Assembly (NCBI GenBank): GCA_965213925.1
Contig: OZ243927.1
Coordinates: forward strand, 3,520,001-3,584,000
Reading direction: 5' to 3'
DNA: 64,000 nucleotides
DNA from: Trueperaceae bacterium
GTDB taxonomy: Bacteria; Deinococcota; Deinococci; Deinococcales; Trueperaceae
Both the position numbers and the translations under genes were made by a program. Shown here in pieces: positions 1 to 9,753 of this stretch (position 1 is its first letter; every line of letters begins with the position of its first letter). The notes beneath the pieces were generated by a model. The model made no database searches, was not told the DNA's origin, and worked only from the letters and a program-made list of their open reading frames with translations.

Positions 1-592
1 TCGCGCCGCCTAGAATGACCTTGAAGGGATTTTCGGGGTTGTCTAAGAGGTTGGATAAAACCTCGACCTCTTGCGCCAAGAGCAGCCCCGCCGCGCTCGG
101 CAGGAGGTGCGCGACGCCTTCGGTGGAGGCGTGCGCGCGGTGGGCTGCGCCAAAGGCGTCGTTGACGTAGACCTCGCCGTATGCGGCGAGTTCGCCCGCG
201 AAGTCGGCGTCGTTTTTGGTCTCGCGCGAGTCGAAGCGGAGGTTTTCCAGCAGCGTCACGCTGCCTTCAGGCGCGTCGTGGACGAACTGCGCGGTTTTGG
301 AGGTCGCCGGTCCCTGGGCGGCTTCGTAGCGCACCTCTCGGCCGAGCAACTCCGAAAGTCGCGCGGCAACAGGTCCCAAGCGGTACTTGTCCTCTGCGCC
401 TTTAGGCCGTCCCAAGTGGCTCATCAAAATAAGCGTGGCGTTTTGCTCGAGCAGTCTCTTTATCGTCGGCAGCGTCGCTTGGATGCGGCTATCGTCGGTC
501 ACTTCGCCGTTTTTAAGCGGCACGTTGAAGTCCGCCCGCATCAACACGCGCTTGTCGCTTACGTCCAGGTCGTCTAACGTTCTAAGTGCCAT
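1..592 (-). CDS. pgk: Phosphoglycerate kinase (5' part; runs off the window)
   Basis: Manual minus-strand translation from ATG 592: MALRTLDDLDVSDKRVLMRADFNVPLKNGEVTDDSRI; SD AGGAG upstream; downstream of gap. Confidence 0.97.
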   Translation of the reverse strand, partial: MALRTLDDLDVSDKRVLMRADFNVPLKNGEVTDDSRIQATLPTIKRLLEQNATLILMSHLGRPKGAEDKYRLGPVAARLSELLGREVRYEAAQGPATSKTAQFVHDAPEGSVTLLENLRFDSRETKNDADFAGELAAYGEVYVNDAFGAAHRAHASTEGVAHLLPSAAGLLLAQEVEVLSNLLDNPENPFKVILGGA

Positions 593-622
593 GAAACTCC
601 TTTATTCGTAAAGTATAGGTGA

Positions 623-785
623 GCACAGTGTCAACGAAGTTTTGCACTACTGTTGTCACCCTGAGCGAATGCGTGAGGGTCTCGCCTTTCGTTCTCTGGC
701 AGAGGAGTCAGCAAGGTCAGAGATTCTTTCACTCCACTTCGTTTCGTTCAGAATGACATCACTCATTTTCTACTTAACAGAGTAC
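623..785 (+). mobile_element. Composite MITE copy 1 (TIR shell plus TGTCA-type REP doublet)
   Basis: Core TGTCACCCTGAGCGAATGCG..AGGGTCTC ... GAGATTCTT..CGTTCAGAATGACA shared with 6 other loci; ends GCACAGTGTCAAC / CTTAACAGAGTAC. Confidence 0.8.
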
Positions 786-813
786 TTAAACTCGTTTACC
801 GTGAACCCACGCT

Positions 814-847
814 AAAAAAGCGCCGCGCCCAACTGTGCGCGGCGGCT
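814..847 (-). terminator. Intrinsic terminator after gap
   Basis: Minus strand CGCCGCGC-loop-GCGCGGCG followed by C and T6. Confidence 0.7.
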
Positions 848-863
848 CGGTCTAACCCACTCT

Positions 864-1979
<1,116 letters not shown>

Positions 1980-2037
1980 CTAGGCAACGAAATAACCGAA
2001 GTGAACTCCTACAACCTGCAGCGGTGCGGGGCGAGCC

Positions 2038-2979
2038 CTAGCGCAGCGGCACGCTAAAACCGAACTCGTTTCCCTTCTCCAGCGCTTTGCCCCACGCCTG
2101 CCCACCCCAGCGCTGCGCAATCGAGCGGACGATGTAGAGCCCTAAGCCGGTGCCTCTGGCTTTCGCGGAGCCCCTCGAGTGCGGCTCAAAGAGCGTCTCG
2201 GTGGTTTCGGGTGCGAGCGGCGTGCCCTCGTCGCGCACGCTCACGCGCACGGCGTCGTCCCGCTGCGCCGCGCTCAAATAGATGACCGCGTCGTCGGGAC
2301 CGTGAATAGCCGCGTTCTCCAAGAGGTTAATCAGCACCTGCAAAAGTTTATCCGAATCCGCCAAAACGGTGAACGCGGGCACCTCAAGCTCGACCTTCAC
2401 GCGGTGCTCCTTAAAGGTGTCGCGCAGCAGAGAAAGCGCCTTGATGGTGACCTCGTAGAGGTTCAAGGAGCGCAGTTTGGGCGGCTTGACGTCCACGGTG
2501 AGGTCGTTGAGGAGCCGCACCAGCCGCTCGGTCTCGCCCTCGGCGCGTTCTAAAAAGCGCGTGCGCTGCGCGCCCTCCATCTCGAAGTGGAGCGCCTCTA
2601 AAGTCGAGCGGATCGTGGTGACGGGCGTGCGCAGCTCGTGAGACAAAACGGCCAGGAGTTCGCGGGCATTCTCCTGGGCGCGGCGCATCTTAGAGAGGTC
2701 GTGAAGGGTCAACACGCCAGGGGTTGCCTTAGCGTGCAGCACGCGCCCGCGCGTCGTGAGTTCTAACTCGCCCTGCTCCAAAAAGACGCGCTCGAGCCGG
2801 TGGTCTCTCACCACGCCGATGAGAGGCAAGCCCAGCGCGTAGTCCGGTGTGACCTCCAAAAACGTTGTCGCCGCTCGGTTGAGGTGGCGCACTCGCCCCG
2901 CTTCGATGAATAAAACCCCTTCGGCGAGGCTGTCGAGCCAGTCTGTCCGAAGGGACGTAGCAGAAGGGACCGGGCTCAG
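2038..2979 (-). CDS. phoR: PhoR-like soluble sensor histidine kinase (probable CTG start at 2979)
   Basis: SHELRTP H-box, NLLENA, GTGLGL; PAS-like start WLDSLAEGVLFI lies upstream of the first GTG (2892); CTG overlaps the phoB stop (CTGA). Confidence 0.85.
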   Translation of the reverse strand: MSPVPSATSLRTDWLDSLAEGVLFIEAGRVRHLNRAATTFLEVTPDYALGLPLIGVVRDHRLERVFLEQGELELTTRGRVLHAKATPGVLTLHDLSKMRRAQENARELLAVLSHELRTPVTTIRSTLEALHFEMEGAQRTRFLERAEGETERLVRLLNDLTVDVKPPKLRSLNLYEVTIKALSLLRDTFKEHRVKVELEVPAFTVLADSDKLLQVLINLLENAAIHGPDDAVIYLSAAQRDDAVRVSVRDEGTPLAPETTETLFEPHSRGSAKARGTGLGLYIVRSIAQRWGGQAWGKALEKGNEFGFSVPLR

Positions 2980-3641
2980 GACGACCCCGCCAAGCGGTAG
3001 CCGCGCCCGCGCACCGTCTCGATGAGGTCCGCGCCGACGAGCGAGCGGAGCTGCGCGACGTGCTGGTCGACGGTGCGCTCGGTGCCCAGAAAATCTTCAC
3101 CCCAGACGCGGTCCAAAAGTTCGGTGCGCGAGAAGACCCGCCCCGGATGCGCGCTCAAAAAGGCGATGAGTTCAAATTCGCGCCGCGTCAGCTCCAAGCG
3201 CTCACCGCCGTAGTGGACGGTGCCTTGGCGCTCGTCCACCTCCAAGCTGCCGACCTGGTGCTTGCGGTTGGGCTCGGTGCGGCGCAAGAGTGCCCGCAGC
3301 CGCGCCACGAGTTCGGCCGCCGAGAAGGGCTTGGCGAGGTAGTCGTCCGCGCCCGCGTTCAGCCCCGCGACCTTGTCCGCTTCGCTCGCTCTAGCGGTCA
3401 ACATCAGGACGGGGAGATGTTTGCCCTGGGCGCTCGAGCGCAGCCGCTGCAACCAGGTCACACCGGCTTCGTCGGGCAACATCCAGTCGAGCACCACCAA
3501 GTCGGCTCGACCAAGCTGCTCCCACGCCGCCCCCGCCGTCGCCGCCTCGGAGACCTTGAAGCCCGCCTGCGCGAGATGAAAAGCGAGCAGCTCACGCACC
3601 GCGTCCTCGTCCTCGACTAAGAGAATTTGAGCGCCCGTCAC
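2976..3641 (-). CDS. phoB: PhoB/OmpR-family response regulator
   Basis: VEDE, LDWMLP, GADDYLAKPFS, ERTVDQHV, ETVRGRGY; divergent from phoU. Confidence 0.9.
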   Translation of the reverse strand: MTGAQILLVEDEDAVRELLAFHLAQAGFKVSEAATAGAAWEQLGRADLVVLDWMLPDEAGVTWLQRLRSSAQGKHLPVLMLTARASEADKVAGLNAGADDYLAKPFSAAELVARLRALLRRTEPNRKHQVGSLEVDERQGTVHYGGERLELTRREFELIAFLSAHPGRVFSRTELLDRVWGEDFLGTERTVDQHVAQLRSLVGADLIETVRGRGYRLAGSS

Positions 3642-3674
3642 CTTGTCACACGCCTCGACCGCAACATAAGGTTT

Positions 3675-3718
3675 ATTCTAACGTCAGCCGCGCCACCCTT
3701 AGGTCAGGAGAGCGTCAG
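3675..3718 (-). promoter_or_regulatory. Putative phoB promoter with 11-bp-spaced CTGAC repeats
   Basis: -10 TAGAAT (3675-3680); CCTGAC repeats at about 3703 and 3714, and a degenerate third at about 3692. Confidence 0.5.
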
Positions 3719-3933
3719 GTCGAGGGAACGGCTCGTGGCCGCGTTCTATTTTGCCGGTAGCTACCGCCGACGTTGACGGACGACCATTCTTGGTGGAATT
3801 CTTCCGATCATCCTAGTGGCGTCGGAGGCGGAGACTATCGCGCCCTCGACACCTCTACGCTCTCGCCCTACGCTTTTCTGTCAATCGCAACTCGGTTCGT
3901 ATAGAGAGAATAGCCCCCTTCGGAACGGGCGTC

Positions 3934-3976
3934 TTGACACGAGTATGACACCGCGCTGACATAGCGGCGTCATACT
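3934..3976 (+). promoter_or_regulatory. Putative Pho box array and -10 of phoU
   Basis: TGACA at 3935, 3946 and 3957 (exact 11-bp period), then CATACT at 3971-3976. Confidence 0.65.
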
Positions 3977-3977
3977 C

Positions 3978-4640
<663 letters not shown>

Positions 4641-4663
4641 CGCTAGCGAGTAAGTTCAACTAA

Positions 4664-4823
4664 GCACACCGTCAACTAAGTTTTGTGACATAAATGTCAC
4701 CCTGAGCGAATGCGAAGGGTCTCTCTTGAGACATGCTGCGGGCTGGAATAGCGAGAACGAGATTCTTCACTCCACTTCGTTCCGTTCAGAATGACATAAC
4801 TCATTTTTTAGTTGACGCTATAC
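4664..4823 (+). mobile_element. Composite MITE copy 2
   Basis: Same core; TIRs GCACACCGTCAACTAA / TTAGTTGACGCTATAC; TAA on both flanks. Confidence 0.85.
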
Positions 4824-4846
4824 TAAGTGGGTCTTTGGAGTGAAGT

Positions 4847-4900
4847 AGGACTGAGGTCAAAGGACTGAGGACTGAGTAAGTCAGCTTATACTCAGTCCTT
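4847..4900. repeat. AGGACTG heptamer repeats with an inverted copy (hairpin)
   Basis: AGGACTGAGG..AGGACTGAGGACTGAGTA ... TACTCAGTCCTT; related element at 52624. Confidence 0.7.
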
Positions 4901-4972
4901 TTCTCTTTTCCCTCGCCTCTCTGTCGTCCCCTTAGCCCTCAACCTGTAGTGGAGCCGCTACCATAAGCTCTT

Positions 4973-6319
4973 ATGGCGCTTCCCCCTCTCAACGATACGA
5001 TCTCCGCGATTGCCACCGCGCCAGGCGTCGGCGCAGTCGGCATCGTGCGGCTTTCGGGACCGGACAGCTACCGGATCGCGGCTGACCTCTTCCGACCCAA
5101 AGGGAATAAGCGTGTCTGCGATTTGGAGGCAGGGCGTGTAGTTTACGGGCAAGTGCGAGACGAGGGTGAGCTAGTAGACGAATCGCTCCTCTTGACCTTT
5201 CGTGCGCCGCACTCGTATACAGGACAAGACGTTATAGAACTGCAGACCCACGGCGGACCCGCCGTCTTACGCGCCGTTTTGGACCTCTGCGCGGCGCGCG
5301 GCGCACGCCTCGCTCAGCCGGGCGAATTCACCTTGCGCGCCTATTTGAACGGACGGCTCGACCTCGTGCAAGCCGAGGCGGTCTTAGACCTCGTCAACGC
5401 ACAATCTGACAGTGCGAGGCGCAGCGCGGCGCTAGGGCTCAGCAAGGCGCTCAGCGAACAGTTGGGGCTCATCCAGAGCGACATCACGCAGGTGTACGGC
5501 AACATTCAGGCAGTTTTTGACTACCCCGAAGAGGGCGTGCCGGAGTCGGCGTTTGCGGAGCCTCTTGAACGGGCCGTCACACGCATCGACAAACTTCTAG
5601 CCACGGCAAAAGCAGGAGCGATTTCGCAGCGCGGCGCGAAGCTCGCGCTTATCGGCAGACCGAACGCGGGCAAGTCGAGCCTCTTGAATGCACTTTTGGG
5701 CTATCAGCGTTCCATCGTCAGCGATATGCCGGGGACGACGCGGGACTACCTCGAGGCTCCTTTAACCATCGGCGGCGTACCCGTCACCGCCATCGACACC
5801 GCCGGAATTCGCCGCACGGACGACCTCATCGAAGCGTCGGGCGTGGAGGCGGCCAAGGACATTGCTCTAAACGCCGATCTCAGCTTGCTCCTACTCGACT
5901 CGAGTGAACCGCTGACAGCTGAGGATAGAGAATTGGTGGCGGAGTTGGAACCCGCGCGCACGCTTATCGTCTCGAGTAAAACTGACTTGCCTCGCGCTTG
6001 GAATGAGGCGAGTTTAGGCGCGTCTCACTTTCTAGTGTCCGCCATGACGGGCGAAGGCTTGGAGGCGCTTAAAGAAGCCGTCCAGGACGCGCTCATCGGC
6101 GACGCCGGGAGCAGCGAACTGTGGCTCACGAGCGAGCGGCACGCGCAAGCTTTATCGGAGACGAAAGACCTCTTGGAACGCGCCAAGGCTGCGCCGGACG
6201 ACCTCGCCTCGCTCGACTTGGAGGACGCCTTGCGCACGCTCGCGGCGATTACCGGACGCGGCGAGATTGCCGAGGAGACCTTAGAGCATATTTTTAGGAA
6301 TTTTTGTGTGGGGAAGTGA
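4973..6319 (+). CDS. mnmE: tRNA modification GTPase MnmE
   Basis: DTISAIATAPG, GEFTLRAYLNGRLDL, GRPNAGKSS, GTTRD, C-terminal FCVGK. Confidence 0.98.
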   Translation: MALPPLNDTISAIATAPGVGAVGIVRLSGPDSYRIAADLFRPKGNKRVCDLEAGRVVYGQVRDEGELVDESLLLTFRAPHSYTGQDVIELQTHGGPAVLRAVLDLCAARGARLAQPGEFTLRAYLNGRLDLVQAEAVLDLVNAQSDSARRSAALGLSKALSEQLGLIQSDITQVYGNIQAVFDYPEEGVPESAFAEPLERAVTRIDKLLATAKAGAISQRGAKLALIGRPNAGKSSLLNALLGYQRSIVSDMPGTTRDYLEAPLTIGGVPVTAIDTAGIRRTDDLIEASGVEAAKDIALNADLSLLLLDSSEPLTAEDRELVAELEPARTLIVSSKTDLPRAWNEASLGASHFLVSAMTGEGLEALKEAVQDALIGDAGSSELWLTSERHAQALSETKDLLERAKAAPDDLASLDLEDALRTLAAITGRGEIAEETLEHIFRNFCVGK

Positions 6320-6356
6320 AAGATGAGCAATGAGTCAAAAGTCAAAATTTTCTGGG

Positions 6357-7334
6357 CTAAGTCGGCGCTTTCTCTAACTCGAGGCGAAGGTGCTGCATGA
6401 CCTCTCGCAAGCTCTCCATACCGACGACATCGTGCTCTAAGAGCGGTAATCTAACTTGAGTTAAGTCGCCCAAGCTCTCCTCGATTTCGGCTAGGTAGAC
6501 CTCTTCTTGGGTTTTTCTCGAGCGCCAAAAGGGATGCTCGGACAATTCGGTGGGCAACACGCGGTTCACGATCAAGCCGCCGACTGGAATCTCGTGGCGG
6601 CGGAGCGTCTTTACCGCCTTCTGCGTCTCTAAAATGGGCAGCTTCTCCGCCGTTAGGACGAATATGAACGCGGTGCGCCCCGGCTCCAAGAGCACGCGGC
6701 GCATCCGTATGAACTTGCGGCGGCGTTCCTCCAAAACCTGCTCGATCGGGTCACGCTCCTCGTCGGGCGTACCCCCCGCGACGTTGCGCCACATCCGCGA
6801 CATCTGGTTGACCTGTTTACGCCGCAGAATCATCCCGTCGATCCAGGCTTCCATCAGCTCGGGGAGGCTTAAAAGGCGCAGGGTATGACCCGTCGGCGCG
6901 GTATCGAAGACGATGAGATCGTACTGGCTGCGGAGGTCTTGCATCAGGGCGGCGATGCGGTCAAAGAGGGCGGCTTCCTCTGCGCCAGGCGAGACCCGCG
7001 CCATCTCGACTTGCCGCTCGACCTCTTCTCTCAAGGAGGGTTTCACGACCCGCCGCAAGTGGTCACGCACGCCTGAGATGTACGCCTCGGCTTCCTCTTC
7101 AGCGTCAATCTCTAACGCCCACAAAAACTCGCTAAGCCGCTGCGGTTGACTATCCAACTGCCGCTGCAAGATATCCGAGGTCGAGTGCGCCGGGTCGGTC
7201 GAGACCATGAGGGTGCGCTTGCCCATCTCAGACGCTAAGAGGGCAAAGGCAGTGGCGCAGGTAGTTTTGCCGACGCCGCCCTTGCCGCCGAAGAAGAGGA
7301 CGTCACGCTCTAGCCAGGAACGAGAGTCCGTCAT
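6357..7334 (-). CDS. ArsA/GET3-family ATPase (single domain)
   Basis: GGKGGVGKTT, STDPAHS, FDTAPTGHTLRLL; ATG 7334 preceded by AGGGAAG; in frame with the upstream ORF. Confidence 0.92.
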   Translation of the reverse strand: MTDSRSWLERDVLFFGGKGGVGKTTCATAFALLASEMGKRTLMVSTDPAHSTSDILQRQLDSQPQRLSEFLWALEIDAEEEAEAYISGVRDHLRRVVKPSLREEVERQVEMARVSPGAEEAALFDRIAALMQDLRSQYDLIVFDTAPTGHTLRLLSLPELMEAWIDGMILRRKQVNQMSRMWRNVAGGTPDEERDPIEQVLEERRRKFIRMRRVLLEPGRTAFIFVLTAEKLPILETQKAVKTLRRHEIPVGGLIVNRVLPTELSEHPFWRSRKTQEEVYLAEIEESLGDLTQVRLPLLEHDVVGMESLREVMQHLRLELEKAPT

Positions 7335-7715
7335 CAAAGGAGTTTCTTCCCTGTATCCAGGAGCTTTAGCGAGAAGCAAGTTATAGATTTTCGTGACTTC
7401 AGCGTGTGCGACAATACGATTACCTTCTTGAATTGAGATGACTTTGCCGACCCATAAGCATTCAGGATAGTGTTCTGGCGAGATGAATTTGACGTTAGCT
7501 CGAGCAGAACCGCCCGGAGAGACGCTTTCGCAGTCTATGTATTCGTGAACGCCTGTAGTTAAAAGATTTTCTTCAACTAAATGGTGAGGTCGGTAGCCGG
7601 AGAGTACGGGCTTCGTTCGACTCCCTCGTTCAGTCGGTAAGAACGTTACGAGCGCTTCAATATCAGATGAGTTCGCCGTAAAATCCAATCTACCTACTTT
7701 CCGTAGCCTATCCAA
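7335..7715 (-). CDS. EF-Tu domain III-like segment, fused in frame to arsA
   Basis: FLPTERGSRTKPVLSGYRPHH..VSPG..IQEGNRIVAHAEV resembles the EF-Tu C-terminal barrel; no stop before arsA; AT-richer than flanks. Confidence 0.6.
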
Positions 7716-7724
7716 ACCGCAGCG

Positions 7725-8033
7725 CTACTGATCCCTAAAGCGATTCTCTATATCTCGCCGCCCGTCCAGTACGCTTTCAATAAGCACTACATTTTCAGGT
7801 TCACTGTAACTGTACAAGATGACGTACTGGTCATGCACTAAAGCGCGTAGACCTGGTTGCCACGCCTCTCGAGATACACCCATTAGCGGAAACAGCCTGA
7901 GGTGCTCAACCGCCTCGCGTAACTTTGTTAAAAGGCGGCGAGCGTAGGTCGGATTCTCGCGTTCAAACGCGAAGTAGAAGTGCAGCGCGTCGAGGTCAGT
8001 TATTGCCGCTTCGCTATACTGAATCTCGGTCAC
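7725..8033 (-). CDS. RelE/ParE-family toxin
   Basis: YSEAAITDLDAL, LRLFPLMG, YVILY, VLDGRRD pattern; overlaps the upstream antitoxin. Confidence 0.85.
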   Translation of the reverse strand: MTEIQYSEAAITDLDALHFYFAFERENPTYARRLLTKLREAVEHLRLFPLMGVSREAWQPGLRALVHDQYVILYSYSEPENVVLIESVLDGRRDIENRFRDQ

Positions 8034-8332
8034 TAAGCCGTTTTATCTTGTTTAGCCTTGTAGCGCTCCTCGCTGCGCCGCATGACCTCTTCATACAGCT
8101 TGTGATGGTTCTCTGGCGTGACCGTGCGAATACGCCCTTCCTCTTTTGCCGCCTGAGACCGCGCTAACGCTACTTTCACACGTTTGACGAAGGCTTCATC
8201 CTCAAAGATGTCTTGCTCAGTGAGCGTGCGGCTGAGCGAGTACTGAATCAAGTGATCGGCTGAATCAAAGTTTCCGCTGGCTAGCGCTCTCTCGAGCATG
8301 TCCTTCGTTTCTTTACTCAGTTCTATGGTCAT
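8033..8332 (-). CDS. ParD-like antitoxin
   Basis: MTIELSKE..ALASGNFDSADHLI RHH-like N-terminus; directly upstream of the toxin. Confidence 0.75.
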   Translation of the reverse strand: MTIELSKETKDMLERALASGNFDSADHLIQYSLSRTLTEQDIFEDEAFVKRVKVALARSQAAKEEGRIRTVTPENHHKLYEEVMRRSEERYKAKQDKTA

Positions 8333-8392
8333 GCTCTAAGGATAGTCCTCCTATGTTCTCCAGGTCAACGAATCCACACAAACTAACAGCAC

Positions 8393-8461
8393 TTAAACTC
8401 GTCCAGCAGCGATGCCGTCGAAGAGGACGTCGCGCTCTAGCCAAGAAGTAGGTCGCGTCAT
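8393..8461 (-). pseudogene. Duplicated 5' remnant of arsA (22 codons)
   Basis: MTRPTSWLERDVLFDG..* versus arsA MTDSRSWLERDVLFFG; 8420-8447 matches 7293-7320 at 26/28 nt. Confidence 0.85.
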
Positions 8462-9376
8462 TTAGAGCGCTAAGGCGTAGCCGAGTTCGTGTTCGTCGAG
8501 CGTAAATCCCAAGCTTTCGTAAGCTGCGAGCGCCGTGTCTAACTCACCCCACGACTCCAGCACCACCCGCCGCCGATCTCTTCCGTAGAGCCAACCTAGA
8601 GCCTCGAGCAAGAGATTTCGGTGGTTGACTTCGCTGCGGTACTCCGGCGCGATGCCTGGCGCGTCAACTTCACCTGTGAGCGTATCGTCGCCGCTGACTT
8701 TGGGTTCGTTGGCTTTACAAATACCGACGACCTCTTCACCTGAAAATAGGAGGAAGATACCCTCCGGCGGGTACATATCTAACGCCGCAGCCGTTGTTTC
8801 CTCCGTAGGGGTTGTGTGTCCCCACAAGTCACTCCATCCCTTGCGACTCGCCTCGGTATAGACGCGAGGTTGATTCACTTGCGCGTAGGTCAGAACGTTC
8901 AACGCTGTCCATTCTGGCTGCTCGGGTGTCTCTACAAGGTTTACGCTCATTTTGCGATAACCGCTGACAGAAACGAAACCGTTTTTCGCAAAGAACGCTC
9001 GAGCTTTGTCATCGTCGGGTCGCGCGTAAGCTAAAAATGACGTAGCGCCGAGACTTTTTGCTCCCTGCCGAGCACGCAATAAAAGCTGCTCGCCTACGCC
9101 TTGCCCTCGCCATTCAGGGTGAACACCTAGGGTCAGCGGAGCGTGAAACGTCGCCGGTATCTTCCAGGTGTCCGCGAAGCCGACGACACTACCTTCCGCC
9201 TCGGCGACGAAACGTTTTAGAGTGATGCCCGCCCCTTGTAGCATCTCAGCCTGTTCTCGCTGTAATGCTTCTGTGAATTCTTGGGGTTCTCCTCTACTCG
9301 CGGCAATGTTATTTAAGCAAGCTACATAAGAGGTCAAGTCCTGCTCGAAATCGAAAGGGCGAAAGGTTAGCGCCAT
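8462..9376 (-). CDS. Tandem GNAT acetyltransferase
   Basis: VHPEWRGQGVG and IAPEYR..YESLGF; two GNAT folds. Confidence 0.85.
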   Translation of the reverse strand: MALTFRPFDFEQDLTSYVACLNNIAASRGEPQEFTEALQREQAEMLQGAGITLKRFVAEAEGSVVGFADTWKIPATFHAPLTLGVHPEWRGQGVGEQLLLRARQGAKSLGATSFLAYARPDDDKARAFFAKNGFVSVSGYRKMSVNLVETPEQPEWTALNVLTYAQVNQPRVYTEASRKGWSDLWGHTTPTEETTAAALDMYPPEGIFLLFSGEEVVGICKANEPKVSGDDTLTGEVDAPGIAPEYRSEVNHRNLLLEALGWLYGRDRRRVVLESWGELDTALAAYESLGFTLDEHELGYALAL

Positions 9377-9397
9377 AGAAGCTACTTTAGCGTGCCA

Positions 9398-9676
9398 CTA
9401 ACAGCACTTGAACCCGTCCAGCGGCGAGTGTTCCATTCCCTGGCGCAAGTGCCACTCGTGAAAGTTCTCCAACATGTGCGGCAACAGCTCCAGCGTGTAG
9501 TAGTTCACCGGGTTGGGAATCCCCAACATGTCCGAGCAGCAGAGCAGCAAGAAGAGGTCCTCTTGGTCGCGGGCGTCTTTCGCCATGCTGCGGCGATACG
9601 GCGCGAAGAAGAGTTCGTCGTAGAAGTCGCTGAAAGACTTCCAGTGCTCGAGTAACTTGTTCGGCTTGTCGTCCAT
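9398..9676 (-). CDS. Small Cys-Cys-stop protein (cory-CC-star-like)
   Basis: FYDELFFAPYRR, LGIPNP, ELLP..FHEWH, ends FKCC*; sits between cstA and arsA. Confidence 0.8.
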   Translation of the reverse strand: MDDKPNKLLEHWKSFSDFYDELFFAPYRRSMAKDARDQEDLFLLLCCSDMLGIPNPVNYYTLELLPHMLENFHEWHLRQGMEHSPLDGFKCC

Positions 9677-9699
9677 CTATACTCCTCTGAAAGAAGCGG

Positions 9700-9749
9700 T
9701 TGGGTATTAGCAGTTAGCGTTTAGCATTTTCAGCTAACCGCTAACAGCT
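9700..9749. repeat. TTAGCNN heptamer repeats with inverted GCTAAC copies
   Basis: TTAGC at 9707, 9714, 9721; GCTAAC at 9733, 9740. Confidence 0.6.
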
Positions 9750-9753
9750 TCCT

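Noticed and set aside
71..611. Plus-strand ORFs of 168, 74 and 74 aa
   Set aside because: Antisense shadows of pgk; the same applies to most overlapping ORFs in the track, as expected at high GC
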